Source: an uncultured Eubacteriales bacterium (GTDB lineage Bacteria > Bacillota > Clostridia > TANB77 > CAG-508). From it: a stretch of DNA of 64,000 bases. A program made the position numbers and the translations under genes. The notes beneath the pieces were generated by a model. It searched no databases. It was not told the DNA's origin and saw only the letters and a program-made list of their open reading frames with translations. The DNA is taken from NCBI GenBank assembly GCA_905203305.1, contig CAJKVH010000001.1, positions 79,069-143,068 on the forward strand, in the 5' to 3' direction. How positions within the stretch are numbered: position 1 is the stretch's first letter; the number at the start of each line of letters is the position of its first letter. Shown here piece after piece: positions 19,677 to 29,596 of this stretch.

Positions 19677-20504
19677 TTATAAATTATTTATTTCTTTTAT
19701 TGTTAAACCTGTTATATCTTTTATTGTTTTTGTATCAATTCCTTGTTCTTTCATCTTTTGGGCTATTTCTAATGTTTTCTTTTTTCCACCGTCATCTAAT
19801 CCTTTATCATACCCAGCATCCTCAATTGCCTTTTGATCCATAATATATTTTTCTCGTAATTCAGCAAGATATCTTTCTTTTCCATCTTGACTTATTTCTT
19901 CTAGTACTTTTTTGGCTTTTTTTATTTCTTTATTAGACATATCTATCACCTTCGAATCCTTTATAAATTTAACCCAAGGATCTAATGTTGAACCAGTTTT
20001 ATATTTCTCAAACTTGGGTAATTCTATTATATAAACTTCCATTGCATCTGTCAAGATAATGTTTCCATAGTCTTGTTCTCTAATATTCCATTTTGTCATA
20101 TATTTTTTAATTTCTTTTAAACTTTTGATTTCATAATCAGTTAATAAAATTGTGATAGACTTTTCTAATTTCGAATAATCTTGACCAGATGATAAGCTTT
20201 GAACATACATTTTACTACAATAAAATAGCACTCTTTTTTCTATGTTTTTCCTATCTACGACTTGCATCTCTATATCACAATTAATTGAATTATTAATTTT
20301 AGCTTTTATGTCTAATATTCCGATTTTATCGTCTAATACATCTTCTGGCAAAATGGTATTACAATCTAAAGTTACATCCGTTACCTCTTCTTTTAATATT
20401 GAACTTATAAAATTTTGTGTTATTGATTCATTTCCTTTGAATCCAAAAATTCGCTTGAATACATAATCTAGTTTTGGATTTAATAATTGTGTGTCTTTTA
20501 TAAT
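19677..20504 (-). CDS. Rpn/YhgA-like PD-(D/E)XK recombination-promoting nuclease (putative transposase family), with no ATG at the true N-terminus
   Basis: The stop-to-stop frame reads IIKDTQLLNPKLDYVFKRIFG...DDKIGILDIKAKI...CDIEMQ. Upstream of the first ATG (20351) lies a conserved N-terminus preceded by the RBS AAGGAG and ATT/ATA codons. Confidence 0.55.
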   Translation of the reverse strand: MIKDTQLLNPKLDYVFKRIFGFKGNESITQNFISSILKEEVTDVTLDCNTILPEDVLDDKIGILDIKAKINNSINCDIEMQVVDRKNIEKRVLFYCSKMYVQSLSSGQDYSKLEKSITILLTDYEIKSLKEIKKYMTKWNIREQDYGNIILTDAMEVYIIELPKFEKYKTGSTLDPWVKFIKDSKVIDMSNKEIKKAKKVLEEISQDGKERYLAELREKYIMDQKAIEDAGYDKGLDDGGKKKTLEIAQKMKEQGIDTKTIKDITGLTIKEINNL

Positions 20505-20761
20505 TTATCACTTCTCCTTTTGATTTTAATATTTTGAATTTAATATCTCTTTGATTTAAATAAGTTTGAAAAAATACTGATATATAATAGCACGTTTTTT
20601 GGGGCTTTTCAATAAAAAATATTAAATTCTTTCTAAAACGCAAAAGAATTAATAATTATTTTTGTTGTATAATAAATATTGAGGCAGAAAAACTTCACGT
20701 TTTTCCACCACAACTATTGACATTCAACAAATTCTTTTTTACAATACATTCTAATAAATTT

Positions 20762-21661
20762 CTAAAAAATCTGACTAGCCCCTATAATACCCGCATCATT
20801 TCCAAGTTTAGCAGCTCTAATTTCAATATTTTTTCTTTTATTAAATAACAAATTAGAATTAGTAAGCTTGTCTTTTAATTTATCTAGTAGCAAATAATCA
20901 TATCTTGCAAATCCCCCTCCAAGCACAATGCAATCTGGTTCAAATATATTTATAAGATTAGAAATTCCAATTGCTAAATCGCTAATATATTCATCTATTA
21001 TATCCAAAATCTCATCAATTGAATTATCTATTTTCTTTCTAAGTTCCGGACCTGGTATATCTCTTGAAATATTTAATCTTTCTATTACTTTATTCTTAAA
21101 AGCAAGTATTCCTCCATAAGTTTCAAAACAACCTTTTTTTCCACATCTACATGGCAAACCATTTTCTTTTATTATAATATGACCTAATTCATATCCTTCT
21201 GCAATATCACTTTGCATCAAAGAACCGTGGTATATATATGCTCCGCCTATTCCTGTTCCTAACGTTAAAAATATTATATTGTTATAATTTTTTATCTCTC
21301 CATATTTATATTCTGCTATTGCTGCACATTTTGCATCATTTTTTATATGTACAGATAGACCTGTTTTGTTTTCAAGTTCAGTCTTTATGTCATAATTTTC
21401 TGCTCCTAGATTTACTGATCTTAAAATCACACCATTTCTTATAGCTCCTGCCATACCTATTCCGAATTCTAATAATTCATATTTTTGTTTTAATTCTCTA
21501 ATTGTATCTACAATATATCTTATTGCAACTGGCAAAACGTTTTCTTTTTCTTTTGTTGTGAAGTCTTTTTCATATTGTTCTAGGATTTCTCCTTCATTAT
21601 TTACAACTCCTATTGCAACATGGCTTCCTCCTAAATCTATTCCTACATTTATATCTTTCAA
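20762..21661 (-). CDS. glcK: ROK-family glucokinase
   Basis: The protein is 299 aa with DLGGSHV, a glycine-rich motif and the CRCGKKGC zinc motif. Confidence 0.75.
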   Translation of the reverse strand: MKDINVGIDLGGSHVAIGVVNNEGEILEQYEKDFTTKEKENVLPVAIRYIVDTIRELKQKYELLEFGIGMAGAIRNGVILRSVNLGAENYDIKTELENKTGLSVHIKNDAKCAAIAEYKYGEIKNYNNIIFLTLGTGIGGAYIYHGSLMQSDIAEGYELGHIIIKENGLPCRCGKKGCFETYGGILAFKNKVIERLNISRDIPGPELRKKIDNSIDEILDIIDEYISDLAIGISNLINIFEPDCIVLGGGFARYDYLLLDKLKDKLTNSNLLFNKRKNIEIRAAKLGNDAGIIGASQIF

Positions 21662-21745
21662 ACTTAAACCTTCCTTTCTTAATTTAAGTATAAAGAGGAA
21701 AAGGTGTTTTCACCAATTCCTCTTCTTTTGTTTTTTCTATATATT

Positions 21746-23092
21746 TTATAAATATGCATCGAATAAGAAATTTCCCATGTAAACTTGTAGCATTGGTACA
21801 ACAACTACTATTACAAAGAATATTAAAATTACACCAACAATTGCATACATAACTTGTGGCAAAGTTTTCATTACTACTTCCATGGTATTATCTATATCAA
21901 TTTCCATATATTCAACTAATTTTTCCATCATTTCCGAAAGGTCTGTTTGCATACCTATTTTTAACATTTCTGTTATCATTGATGATGCTAATCCTGATCT
22001 TTCAAATGGCTCTATCCATGATTGTCCAATTAATATGTTTTTTAATGCATTTTCTATTATTGATAGCATTACATAGTTACTTACAACATTTTTACTAACA
22101 TCTAATGCTTCTTGTATTCTCATTCCATTTTTTAAGTTTAATAGCATTGCTTTCATTAATCTTGAAAAATCTAATGAGAATATTAACTTTCCAAAGATTG
22201 GCATTGTATATTTAAAATAATGATATCTATATTTTCCTTTAGGAGTCTGTACATATAAAACTATTGCTACAATAATTCCTGCAATTACCGCAGTCGGCAC
22301 TGGCCAATATTTCATCATTGCATTTACAACGCCCTGAAACCATATTGTTATTTTTGGCAGAGTAGAAGATGTTCCTACTTCTTCAAATACTTTTTCAACT
22401 TGTGGTAAAGCAAATAAAGTTCCAACAATTAGCATTACAATTAATAATACAAATTGAGCAATATTGGGAATTAATATTCCTTTTAATTTTTTTGTTATTT
22501 TAGCAGAATTATCTAAGTACTCGATTGCTTGAAGCAACGCATTTTCTAATGAACCTGAAAGTTCTCCAACTCTTATCATGTTTATATATATATATGGAAA
22601 TACATTTGAATAATATTCCATTGTTTTGTACATATAGTCTCCTGCTTCAACACCTGCTAAAATATCTTCTAATATTTCCACTAATGTTAAATTTTCTGTA
22701 CTATCTATTATTGTAGTTAATGCATGTACATTATTAAAATTTGCCTTTTTTAATAGATAAAAGTTTTGCGTAAATATTGATATATCTCTTTGAGTTACTT
22801 TGTCTTCTGTTCCAAGGTACATGTTAATTTTATCTTTCATAGAAAGTTTTCTTCTATTGTCATTTAAAATAACTGTTGTATTAACATTTTCCAAAACATC
22901 TTTTATATCTGAAACATTTCTTTTTTTTCTTTTTAAAATTTTGGTTCTTTTGGCTTTTCTTTGAACTATGGTAATTGGTTGTAAACCGTTTTCTTTTAAT
23001 TTTTTTACTAATGTTAATCTGTTTCCTTCTTCAACCTTATTTGAAACTATTTGTCCCTTATCAGATAAAGCCTTATAATAAAACGTTGCCAT
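21746..23092 (-). CDS. pilC: Type IV pilus assembly platform protein PilC (GspF family)
   Basis: The 448-aa product is a polytopic protein with duplicated GspF-like domains. Confidence 0.7.
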   Translation of the reverse strand: MATFYYKALSDKGQIVSNKVEEGNRLTLVKKLKENGLQPITIVQRKAKRTKILKRKKRNVSDIKDVLENVNTTVILNDNRRKLSMKDKINMYLGTEDKVTQRDISIFTQNFYLLKKANFNNVHALTTIIDSTENLTLVEILEDILAGVEAGDYMYKTMEYYSNVFPYIYINMIRVGELSGSLENALLQAIEYLDNSAKITKKLKGILIPNIAQFVLLIVMLIVGTLFALPQVEKVFEEVGTSSTLPKITIWFQGVVNAMMKYWPVPTAVIAGIIVAIVLYVQTPKGKYRYHYFKYTMPIFGKLIFSLDFSRLMKAMLLNLKNGMRIQEALDVSKNVVSNYVMLSIIENALKNILIGQSWIEPFERSGLASSMITEMLKIGMQTDLSEMMEKLVEYMEIDIDNTMEVVMKTLPQVMYAIVGVILIFFVIVVVVPMLQVYMGNFLFDAYL

Positions 23093-23149
23093 TAATTCAG
23101 TTTATGCTAGCAAATTAAAAGCTAACATATCCTCCTTTCTTGGGTATTT

Positions 23150-24298
23150 TTAATATCTCATGCCATTCATTCCATTTATGCTATTTATAGTATTTGCACC
23201 GCTATCTTTTTTTATTTTTAATTGCATTATTGTTCTATTTAATATTTCAATATTTTTCTCTTCTATTTGTGCTTTTGCTTGATCTAATGTTATTTTTCCA
23301 TCAACAAATTTTTCTGCTAATGAATTTATTAAACCTATACTTCCTTTGTCTGAGGCACTTTGTATTGCATCTTCAATTTCTGATACACTTATTTTTTCTT
23401 TTCTAATTATACCTGAAACTATGTTATCTACAACCATTACTTCTGGAATTAATACTAATTTTCCATCTGTTCCTGGTAATAATCTTTGTGATACAACAAG
23501 TTTTAGTATTGATGATAACATATATTTTATTTGTGCTTGATCTCTTACTTCATAGAAGTTTATCATTCTGTCTATTGTTTCTGCACATGATTTTGTGTGT
23601 AAAGTTCCTATAACCAAGTGACCAGATTCTGCCATTTCTATTCCTGCTTCCATTGTAACTTTATCCCTGATCTCTCCTATTACAAGGATATCGCAGTCCT
23701 CTCTTAATGAGTTTTTTACACCTTCATGGAAATTTAATGTATCTTTTCCAAGTCCGACTTCTTTTTGAACTATTAATGATTTTTTTGAATGATGTTTATA
23801 TTCTACTGGGTTTTCTAGTGTTAATATTTTTCTATTTTGATTTTCGTTTATATCATTTATTAAAGCATTTAATGTTGTTGTTTTACCAGAGTTTGTTTTA
23901 CCAGTAACTAAGATTAGTCCTTGTGGTTGATATGTCATTCTTCTAACAACATCTGGAACTCCTAAAGATTCATATGATGGTAATTTGTTTTTTATAATTC
24001 TTAATGTTGCAATTGGTATGCCATCTGTTGATGATATATTTACCCTGAAACGAAGGTCTGCATATTCAAGTAATGTATCTAGTCTTCTTGTTTCTTGGAA
24101 AACTTTATCAGCTTCAATATTTCCTTTTATTAGATAATCATATATTTCATTCATATCTTCTTCAGTTAATACATCAGCATTTTCTGATGGTATTAACTCC
24201 CTTGATATTCTTAGCATTGGCTTATTTTCAATAATGAAATGTATATCTGATGCATCTTTTTCAATTGCCTCGTCTAAAACTTTGTTAACATTAATCAT
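23150..24298 (-). CDS. pilT: Twitching-motility/retraction ATPase PilT
   Basis: The protein carries Walker A GKTNSGKTT, an Asp box and His box (GHLVIGTLHT). Confidence 0.75.
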   Translation of the reverse strand: MINVNKVLDEAIEKDASDIHFIIENKPMLRISRELIPSENADVLTEEDMNEIYDYLIKGNIEADKVFQETRRLDTLLEYADLRFRVNISSTDGIPIATLRIIKNKLPSYESLGVPDVVRRMTYQPQGLILVTGKTNSGKTTTLNALINDINENQNRKILTLENPVEYKHHSKKSLIVQKEVGLGKDTLNFHEGVKNSLREDCDILVIGEIRDKVTMEAGIEMAESGHLVIGTLHTKSCAETIDRMINFYEVRDQAQIKYMLSSILKLVVSQRLLPGTDGKLVLIPEVMVVDNIVSGIIRKEKISVSEIEDAIQSASDKGSIGLINSLAEKFVDGKITLDQAKAQIEEKNIEILNRTIMQLKIKKDSGANTINSINGMNGMRY

Positions 24299-24310
24299 TT
24301 GTTAATCCTC

Positions 24311-25960
24311 CTATAAACTATTAAATATTATTAATTTTTTGTTTAGTTCTTCTAAGTTTGTTTCACCTTTTAGAACTTTATTTATACCATCTACTATTAA
24401 TGGTCTATAGCTTTTTTCCATAGCTTTCTTTCTTATTTCGATACTTGATTTTCCTTCCATGATTAATTGTCTTAAATCTTCATCTATATTTAATACTTCA
24501 AATATACCTATTCTATCAAAATATCCAGAATTATTACATTTGTCACATCCTACAGAGTCATACGTTTTTACACCTTTTAAATCAAATTGATAATCATATT
24601 TTTCTCCAATTCTTTGAATTATTTCTTTTTCTCTTTCTGTAAATTCTCTTTCTCTTCTGCAATGTGGACAAATCTTTCTAAGTAATCTTTGTGATATTGT
24701 TGTTCCAACTGTACTTGCTATATCATAATCTGATAATCCCATTTTTCTTAATCTTGTAACTACCTCTACTGCATCAATTGTATGGATTGTAGATAAAACA
24801 TAGTGACCTGTTTGTCCTGCTTCTATTGCTATTTCTGCTGTTTCTTTATCTCTTATCTCTCCTAAAAGTATAACATCAGGATCTTGTCTTAAAATTGTTC
24901 TTAAACTATCTGCAAATCTTGTATTTTTATCTACTTCTATTTGGTTTAATCCTGGTATTCTTATTTCAACAGGATCTTCTATTGTTGTTATGTTTATATC
25001 GTCACTTTTTAAGTAATCTAATATTGAATAAAGTGTTGTTGTTTTACCTTCACCTGTTGGTGCAGCCATAATTGTTACACTATTTTTCTTATTTATTGCA
25101 TGGTTTAATTCTGTTTCACTATATGGAAATCCAAGTTCAAATATATTTTTTATACTTTCTGTCTTTTTAAGCATTCTTAAAACGAATTTTTCACCATAAA
25201 TGTTCTTTTGTGATGATACACGAATATTATAATCTGAATATAATAATATTCTACCATCTTGAGATTCTTGTTTTTCTTGATGCATATTTGAAATAGCTTT
25301 TAATCTTCCTATTATTTGAGATTGTTTTTCTTTTCCTATATTTGCCATTACAAATAATTGTCCATCTATTCTAAAACGCACTCTAACAGAGTCAACTTGT
25401 GGCTCTATATGAACATCTGATGCTCTTTTTTCTATTGCAAGTCTTATTATACTATCTACTAAGTCTGTTACAGAATCCGTTTCTTCTAAGTTTTCCATAA
25501 CAACTGTTGATACTTCTTCGAATCTTTTAAAATATTCATCTATATTTGTTTCAAATGCCATATATGGATCCATTACTAATCCTTTATTTAAAACAAGCAT
25601 TTTTACACTTTTTATATTATCTTTATTTCCATCAATATCTGCAAATGCTATTTTTATTTTTCCAGATTCTATATCAAATGGAATTGCTTTATAGCTTTTC
25701 ATCATATCTAGTGGAAGATATTCTGTTGGTTCAATTGTTATTTTACCATCTGTTAAATAAATTCCTTTTGTTCCTATTATATCTCCTATTTCTTCTGCAA
25801 GTGTATTTGGTTCTGCCTCTTTTAAGATATATAAAATATCTCCAAGTCTTTTATTTGGATGTTCATTTTGATATTTAAGAGCTCTTTCGATTGCTCCTCC
25901 ATCAACAATTTTCCTTCTTACTAATTCAATTCCTAATGGTTGTTTTCTTTTAATTTCCAT
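24311..25960 (-). CDS. pilB: Type IV pilus assembly ATPase PilB (GspE family)
   Basis: The 549-aa product carries Walker A APTGEGKTT, a tetracysteine motif CPHC...CDKC and GspE boxes. Confidence 0.8.
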   Translation of the reverse strand: MEIKRKQPLGIELVRRKIVDGGAIERALKYQNEHPNKRLGDILYILKEAEPNTLAEEIGDIIGTKGIYLTDGKITIEPTEYLPLDMMKSYKAIPFDIESGKIKIAFADIDGNKDNIKSVKMLVLNKGLVMDPYMAFETNIDEYFKRFEEVSTVVMENLEETDSVTDLVDSIIRLAIEKRASDVHIEPQVDSVRVRFRIDGQLFVMANIGKEKQSQIIGRLKAISNMHQEKQESQDGRILLYSDYNIRVSSQKNIYGEKFVLRMLKKTESIKNIFELGFPYSETELNHAINKKNSVTIMAAPTGEGKTTTLYSILDYLKSDDINITTIEDPVEIRIPGLNQIEVDKNTRFADSLRTILRQDPDVILLGEIRDKETAEIAIEAGQTGHYVLSTIHTIDAVEVVTRLRKMGLSDYDIASTVGTTISQRLLRKICPHCRREREFTEREKEIIQRIGEKYDYQFDLKGVKTYDSVGCDKCNNSGYFDRIGIFEVLNIDEDLRQLIMEGKSSIEIRKKAMEKSYRPLIVDGINKVLKGETNLEELNKKLIIFNSL

Positions 25961-25988
25961 AACTAACTTATCCTTTCTTTTGTTAAAA

Positions 25989-26450
25989 TTACATCTTTAC
26001 ACTTAAAGTTTTAGAAAAGTTTGCATCACCTATATTAAAATTTATGTCTATTTTTTTGTCATTATAGCTAAACGCTTTTACTGTTGAAACAGAAACTTTT
26101 TCACATAACAATATTTTTTTATCATTTTGATCATCTACATTTATATAATATATACTTTGATCTTGAATAATATATTGATGTTCTGTTCCGTCTTTAAACT
26201 TAAAAACTACACAATCTTTATCATTTGCTCCTGATTGTACATATATTAAATTATCTGAATTTGCATCTTTTGTTATATATGATAGGAATTTTGAAAACTG
26301 TTCTTCTGCACTTTGGCTAATTGTTACATCTTTTATATTTTTGTAAAAATATCCTGTAAAGTTTCCCATTAAAGCTATAACTATTACCAACCCTACTATA
26401 TAAATAACCAAAGATGTTAGTGTTACACCTCTATTAGATCTCAATTTCAA
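25989..26450 (-). CDS. Minor pilin or pseudopilin-like protein
   Basis: The N-terminus MKLRSNRG|VTLTSLVIYIVGLVIV is prepilin-like. Position 5 is Ser rather than Glu. Confidence 0.45.
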   Translation of the reverse strand: MKLRSNRGVTLTSLVIYIVGLVIVIALMGNFTGYFYKNIKDVTISQSAEEQFSKFLSYITKDANSDNLIYVQSGANDKDCVVFKFKDGTEHQYIIQDQSIYYINVDDQNDKKILLCEKVSVSTVKAFSYNDKKIDINFNIGDANFSKTLSVKM

Positions 26451-26464
26451 AGTTCCCTTTCTTT

Positions 26465-26953
26465 TTAATTATTTTGTACTTCCATTCCAATATCTATATC
26501 TTTTATTCTAGTTCCATTTGAATAAAAAACTCTTACTTTAACTTGTTTTATTAAATCTTCTGTTTTGCTACTATCTGGATAATAATTTTTTATTCCAAGT
26601 TGAATTTGATAGTGTTCATCATTTTCTCCTGTTGCTAAATAATATTTGTAATTATATCCTTCTTCTTCTTTTTCTGTATTTTTATATGATGATTCACTAT
26701 ATTTTTCTTTTAAGTCCGTATCTAGTTTTGTCCCACCTGCAACAACATCTTCATATTTTTCTGATTTTATAATCTCTAAAACATCTGTTGCAATTGATGT
26801 TGCTTTTGTTTTTCTTTTTACTTCTGCATTTGTTTTCCCGACATTATAAACTATACCAAATATTGTTGGAATAAATATTAATATAATGATCATTGATATA
26901 GAAATATCTATACCTGCAAAACCATTATTTTTCTTTAAGAATTTTTTCATCAT
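26465..26953 (-). CDS. Minor pilin-like protein
   Basis: The N-terminus KKNNG|FAGIDISISMIIILIF is prepilin-like with Asp at +5. Confidence 0.45.
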   Translation of the reverse strand: MMKKFLKKNNGFAGIDISISMIIILIFIPTIFGIVYNVGKTNAEVKRKTKATSIATDVLEIIKSEKYEDVVAGGTKLDTDLKEKYSESSYKNTEKEEEGYNYKYYLATGENDEHYQIQLGIKNYYPDSSKTEDLIKQVKVRVFYSNGTRIKDIDIGMEVQNN

Positions 26954-26960
26954 TGCTCCT

Positions 26961-27818
26961 TTATATATGATACATAAAGTATAAATTTCCTATAAATAGT
27001 ATTACATTTGTTATGCTAAATAAATACCCAAATTTACAAATTTCCAAAGTTATATCTTTTTGTTCTTTTCTAAATTTGTTTAAACTATTTTTTACATTAT
27101 AAATCATTTTTGTTAATATTATTGCTATAAAAACTATCAAAACTGATAATCCAGTAACTATCATTCCTGTATTTATTACCATTATTACTAATAGCATTAG
27201 TACCTCTAAAACATAACTTGATTTTGCCTTTTGTATTTGTGTTTCACTATCTATTATTAATAATATTATTAATGTGACTAAATACATCACATATCTATAA
27301 ATACTAGTTTCGCCCATTATACATAGATATATTATGTAGCTACATGATACCATCAATCCATAGTATAATACACTTCTTTCGATTTTTCTTGATTCTTTGT
27401 CTATTCCAGCTATTATAAATATTGCCACTAAATATAATGCTATAAATGCAAATTTTGCAATTGACTCTATACTTAAGTTATATGCATCTATTTTTAGGCA
27501 ATATGCAATTAATACAAATGCAATTCCTGATAAAAATTCTAGTATAAAATATCTTGGTCTTATTTTTTGTTTACAATTTTTACATTTTCCGCCTAATAGT
27601 ATATAACTTAATACTGGTATTAACTCAAAGAAACCTAATTTATGATTGCAATTAGGACAAAATGAGTGTGTTTTTACTATATCTATTTTTCTTGGTATTC
27701 TGTATACGGCTAGTGTATAAAAACTTCCGAATAGTGTCCCCATTATGAATATTATTATATATATAAATAAGTTCATTTGTTTCTTTTCCTTTTTTATTTT
27801 TAATAAAAGCATATGCAT
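26961..27818 (-). CDS. pilD: Prepilin peptidase (A24 family) PilD
   Basis: The N-terminal zinc motif is CPNC...CKNC. The product is a polytopic membrane protein. Confidence 0.7.
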   Translation of the reverse strand: MHMLLLKIKKEKKQMNLFIYIIIFIMGTLFGSFYTLAVYRIPRKIDIVKTHSFCPNCNHKLGFFELIPVLSYILLGGKCKNCKQKIRPRYFILEFLSGIAFVLIAYCLKIDAYNLSIESIAKFAFIALYLVAIFIIAGIDKESRKIERSVLYYGLMVSCSYIIYLCIMGETSIYRYVMYLVTLIILLIIDSETQIQKAKSSYVLEVLMLLVIMVINTGMIVTGLSVLIVFIAIILTKMIYNVKNSLNKFRKEQKDITLEICKFGYLFSITNVILFIGNLYFMYHI

Positions 27819-27851
27819 ATAGCATGCATATGCTTTTTATAATTCATTTTA

Positions 27852-28277
27852 TTAGTTCATTGCTCCCCAATTAATTGTAGAACCGTTTACTGTTCCTGTA
27901 ACTGTGTGTCCACTATATGTTATTGTTATATTTTTTGTTGAACTATCTCTTTCGATTGTAACATCAGTTCCAGCTTCAGTATTAGCTCTTTCTACTGCTT
28001 TTCCTACTGCAGTATCTTCTGTATCTGTTGTTGTTAAACCATATTCACTTGTTCCTCCAGCATATTTTACTGAATAGTAATCAGCTAAATAGTTACTTAC
28101 TGAAAGAGCTACTGTACTTTCTGCATCTCCTAATTTAGATTGCCAAGTAGCTTGGCTAGCTCTATTTAATATACCATTTTGTCCTGTTAACATAGCAATA
28201 GAAACTCCTGCTAAAATTAATAGAACTATAATAGTTACAACTAATGCAATAAGTGTTATACCTTTATTATTTTTCAT
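27852..28277 (-). CDS. pilA: Type IV major pilin-like protein PilA
   Basis: The sequence MKNNKG|ITLIALVVTIIVLLILAGV has a class III signal and a hydrophobic helix. It is followed by a Thr/Gly-rich globular domain. Position 5 is Ala instead of the usual Glu. Confidence 0.55.
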   Translation of the reverse strand: MKNNKGITLIALVVTIIVLLILAGVSIAMLTGQNGILNRASQATWQSKLGDAESTVALSVSNYLADYYSVKYAGGTSEYGLTTTDTEDTAVGKAVERANTEAGTDVTIERDSSTKNITITYSGHTVTGTVNGSTINWGAMN

Positions 28278-28365
28278 TAGTTTTCCCCCCTCTCTCTTTT
28301 GAATTATATATTTTTTTGTTTTATATATCAGCTGTTAAGCCGATATAATTTTAATATCAAATTAA

Positions 28366-28842
28366 TTATTTTGTACCATTTTTGTTATAAACGCTAGGTG
28401 CTGTACTTTCATTAGATTGATTTGGATTTTTTTGTTCATTATTTGTTTTATTGTTTTGACTATTATCACTACTGCTATCGCCACTATTTGAACCGCTATT
28501 ATTATCTCCATCATTTGATGTAGAACTTGATGCAGCCGCAAATGGATTAGATTTTCCTGGTACATACGTATTTATACTTTGATATCCAGTTAAATCACTT
28601 GCTGTTACTTCATATGTTAATATTACATCATCACTATCACTTTTTTTGTCTATATTATCTTCAAGTAAGTCTTTTACATCTTCTGAAGCTGTATATGTTA
28701 CAACCTCTGGTACTGCCTTTCTATTTGGAATATATTTATATAAACCAATAGCAAGAATTAACATAGTTATTAAACATACAAGTAGCATTATAATAATTTC
28801 CTTTATAACTTTTGCCATTTTATCCTCCTTAACGTGAAGCAT
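28366..28842 (-). CDS. PilO-like bitopic membrane protein with an S/N-rich tail
   Basis: The product has one TM helix, and its C-terminus is an N/S/D low-complexity region. Confidence 0.4.
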   Translation of the reverse strand: MLHVKEDKMAKVIKEIIIMLLVCLITMLILAIGLYKYIPNRKAVPEVVTYTASEDVKDLLEDNIDKKSDSDDVILTYEVTASDLTGYQSINTYVPGKSNPFAAASSSTSNDGDNNSGSNSGDSSSDNSQNNKTNNEQKNPNQSNESTAPSVYNKNGTK

Positions 28843-29596
28843 TTGTACTTGTTCCAGTTGTTCCCGTTGTATTTGTTCCCGCTGGTTGTGTTACTGTAGC
28901 TGAATTTGTAGTAGCACTTGAGTTTGAACTTGCTGTAGCATTTGAACTTGCACTCGTATTTGCTCCTCCTGCAGTATTGCTTGCTGAACTTTCTTGGTTA
29001 TTACTTGTTGTTTGGTCTAATGATCCAACTTTTATTGGAATTTCTTTGCAAGAAAATGTTGCTGTTAAACTATTTTCTGATGAAACTCCCATTTTAAATT
29101 CATCAATTTTGAATCCTAACTTTGAATCATTTTCTATATCATATATAAAATCTGTTATGCTTACATATTCTCCAGTAGTTGTGAAATTTAAATTATATAA
29201 ATTTGTACTTGAACCACTAGATACTAATTCTATTTTTATAACAACATTTTCATCTTTTGCATAATTCCCAAGTTTTGTCCATAAATAGTCAATATCATAA
29301 GTTTCAAGTTTTGAAACATAACTTGGATTTTGAGAATTTGATAATGCTGCTTGGTTTTCATATTCAGTTTTACTATCTTGTAATGTATTTGCTGTACGCT
29401 TTAAATTTGATTCTGTGTTGGTATATGTCACACTTATTACATTTGATAAGTCTGAAATCTTTTTTTCAACTTTGTTGTTTTCTTCGTCTAAGCCTTTTAT
29501 TCCTTGTATGTTAAATCTGCTTATACCATTTACCATAAAGAATGCAGAACCAATTAATAATAAACAAACTAATACACTTATTAAAATTTTTCTCAT
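28829..29596 (-). CDS. PilN/PilO-like bitopic membrane protein with a coiled coil and an S/T-rich tail
   Basis: The product has one TM helix (ISVLVCLLLIGSAFFMV), a coiled-coil segment and a T/S/A-rich C-terminus. Confidence 0.4.
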   Translation of the reverse strand: MRKILISVLVCLLLIGSAFFMVNGISRFNIQGIKGLDEENNKVEKKISDLSNVISVTYTNTESNLKRTANTLQDSKTEYENQAALSNSQNPSYVSKLETYDIDYLWTKLGNYAKDENVVIKIELVSSGSSTNLYNLNFTTTGEYVSITDFIYDIENDSKLGFKIDEFKMGVSSENSLTATFSCKEIPIKVGSLDQTTSNNQESSASNTAGGANTSASSNATASSNSSATTNSATVTQPAGTNTTGTTGTSTNASR

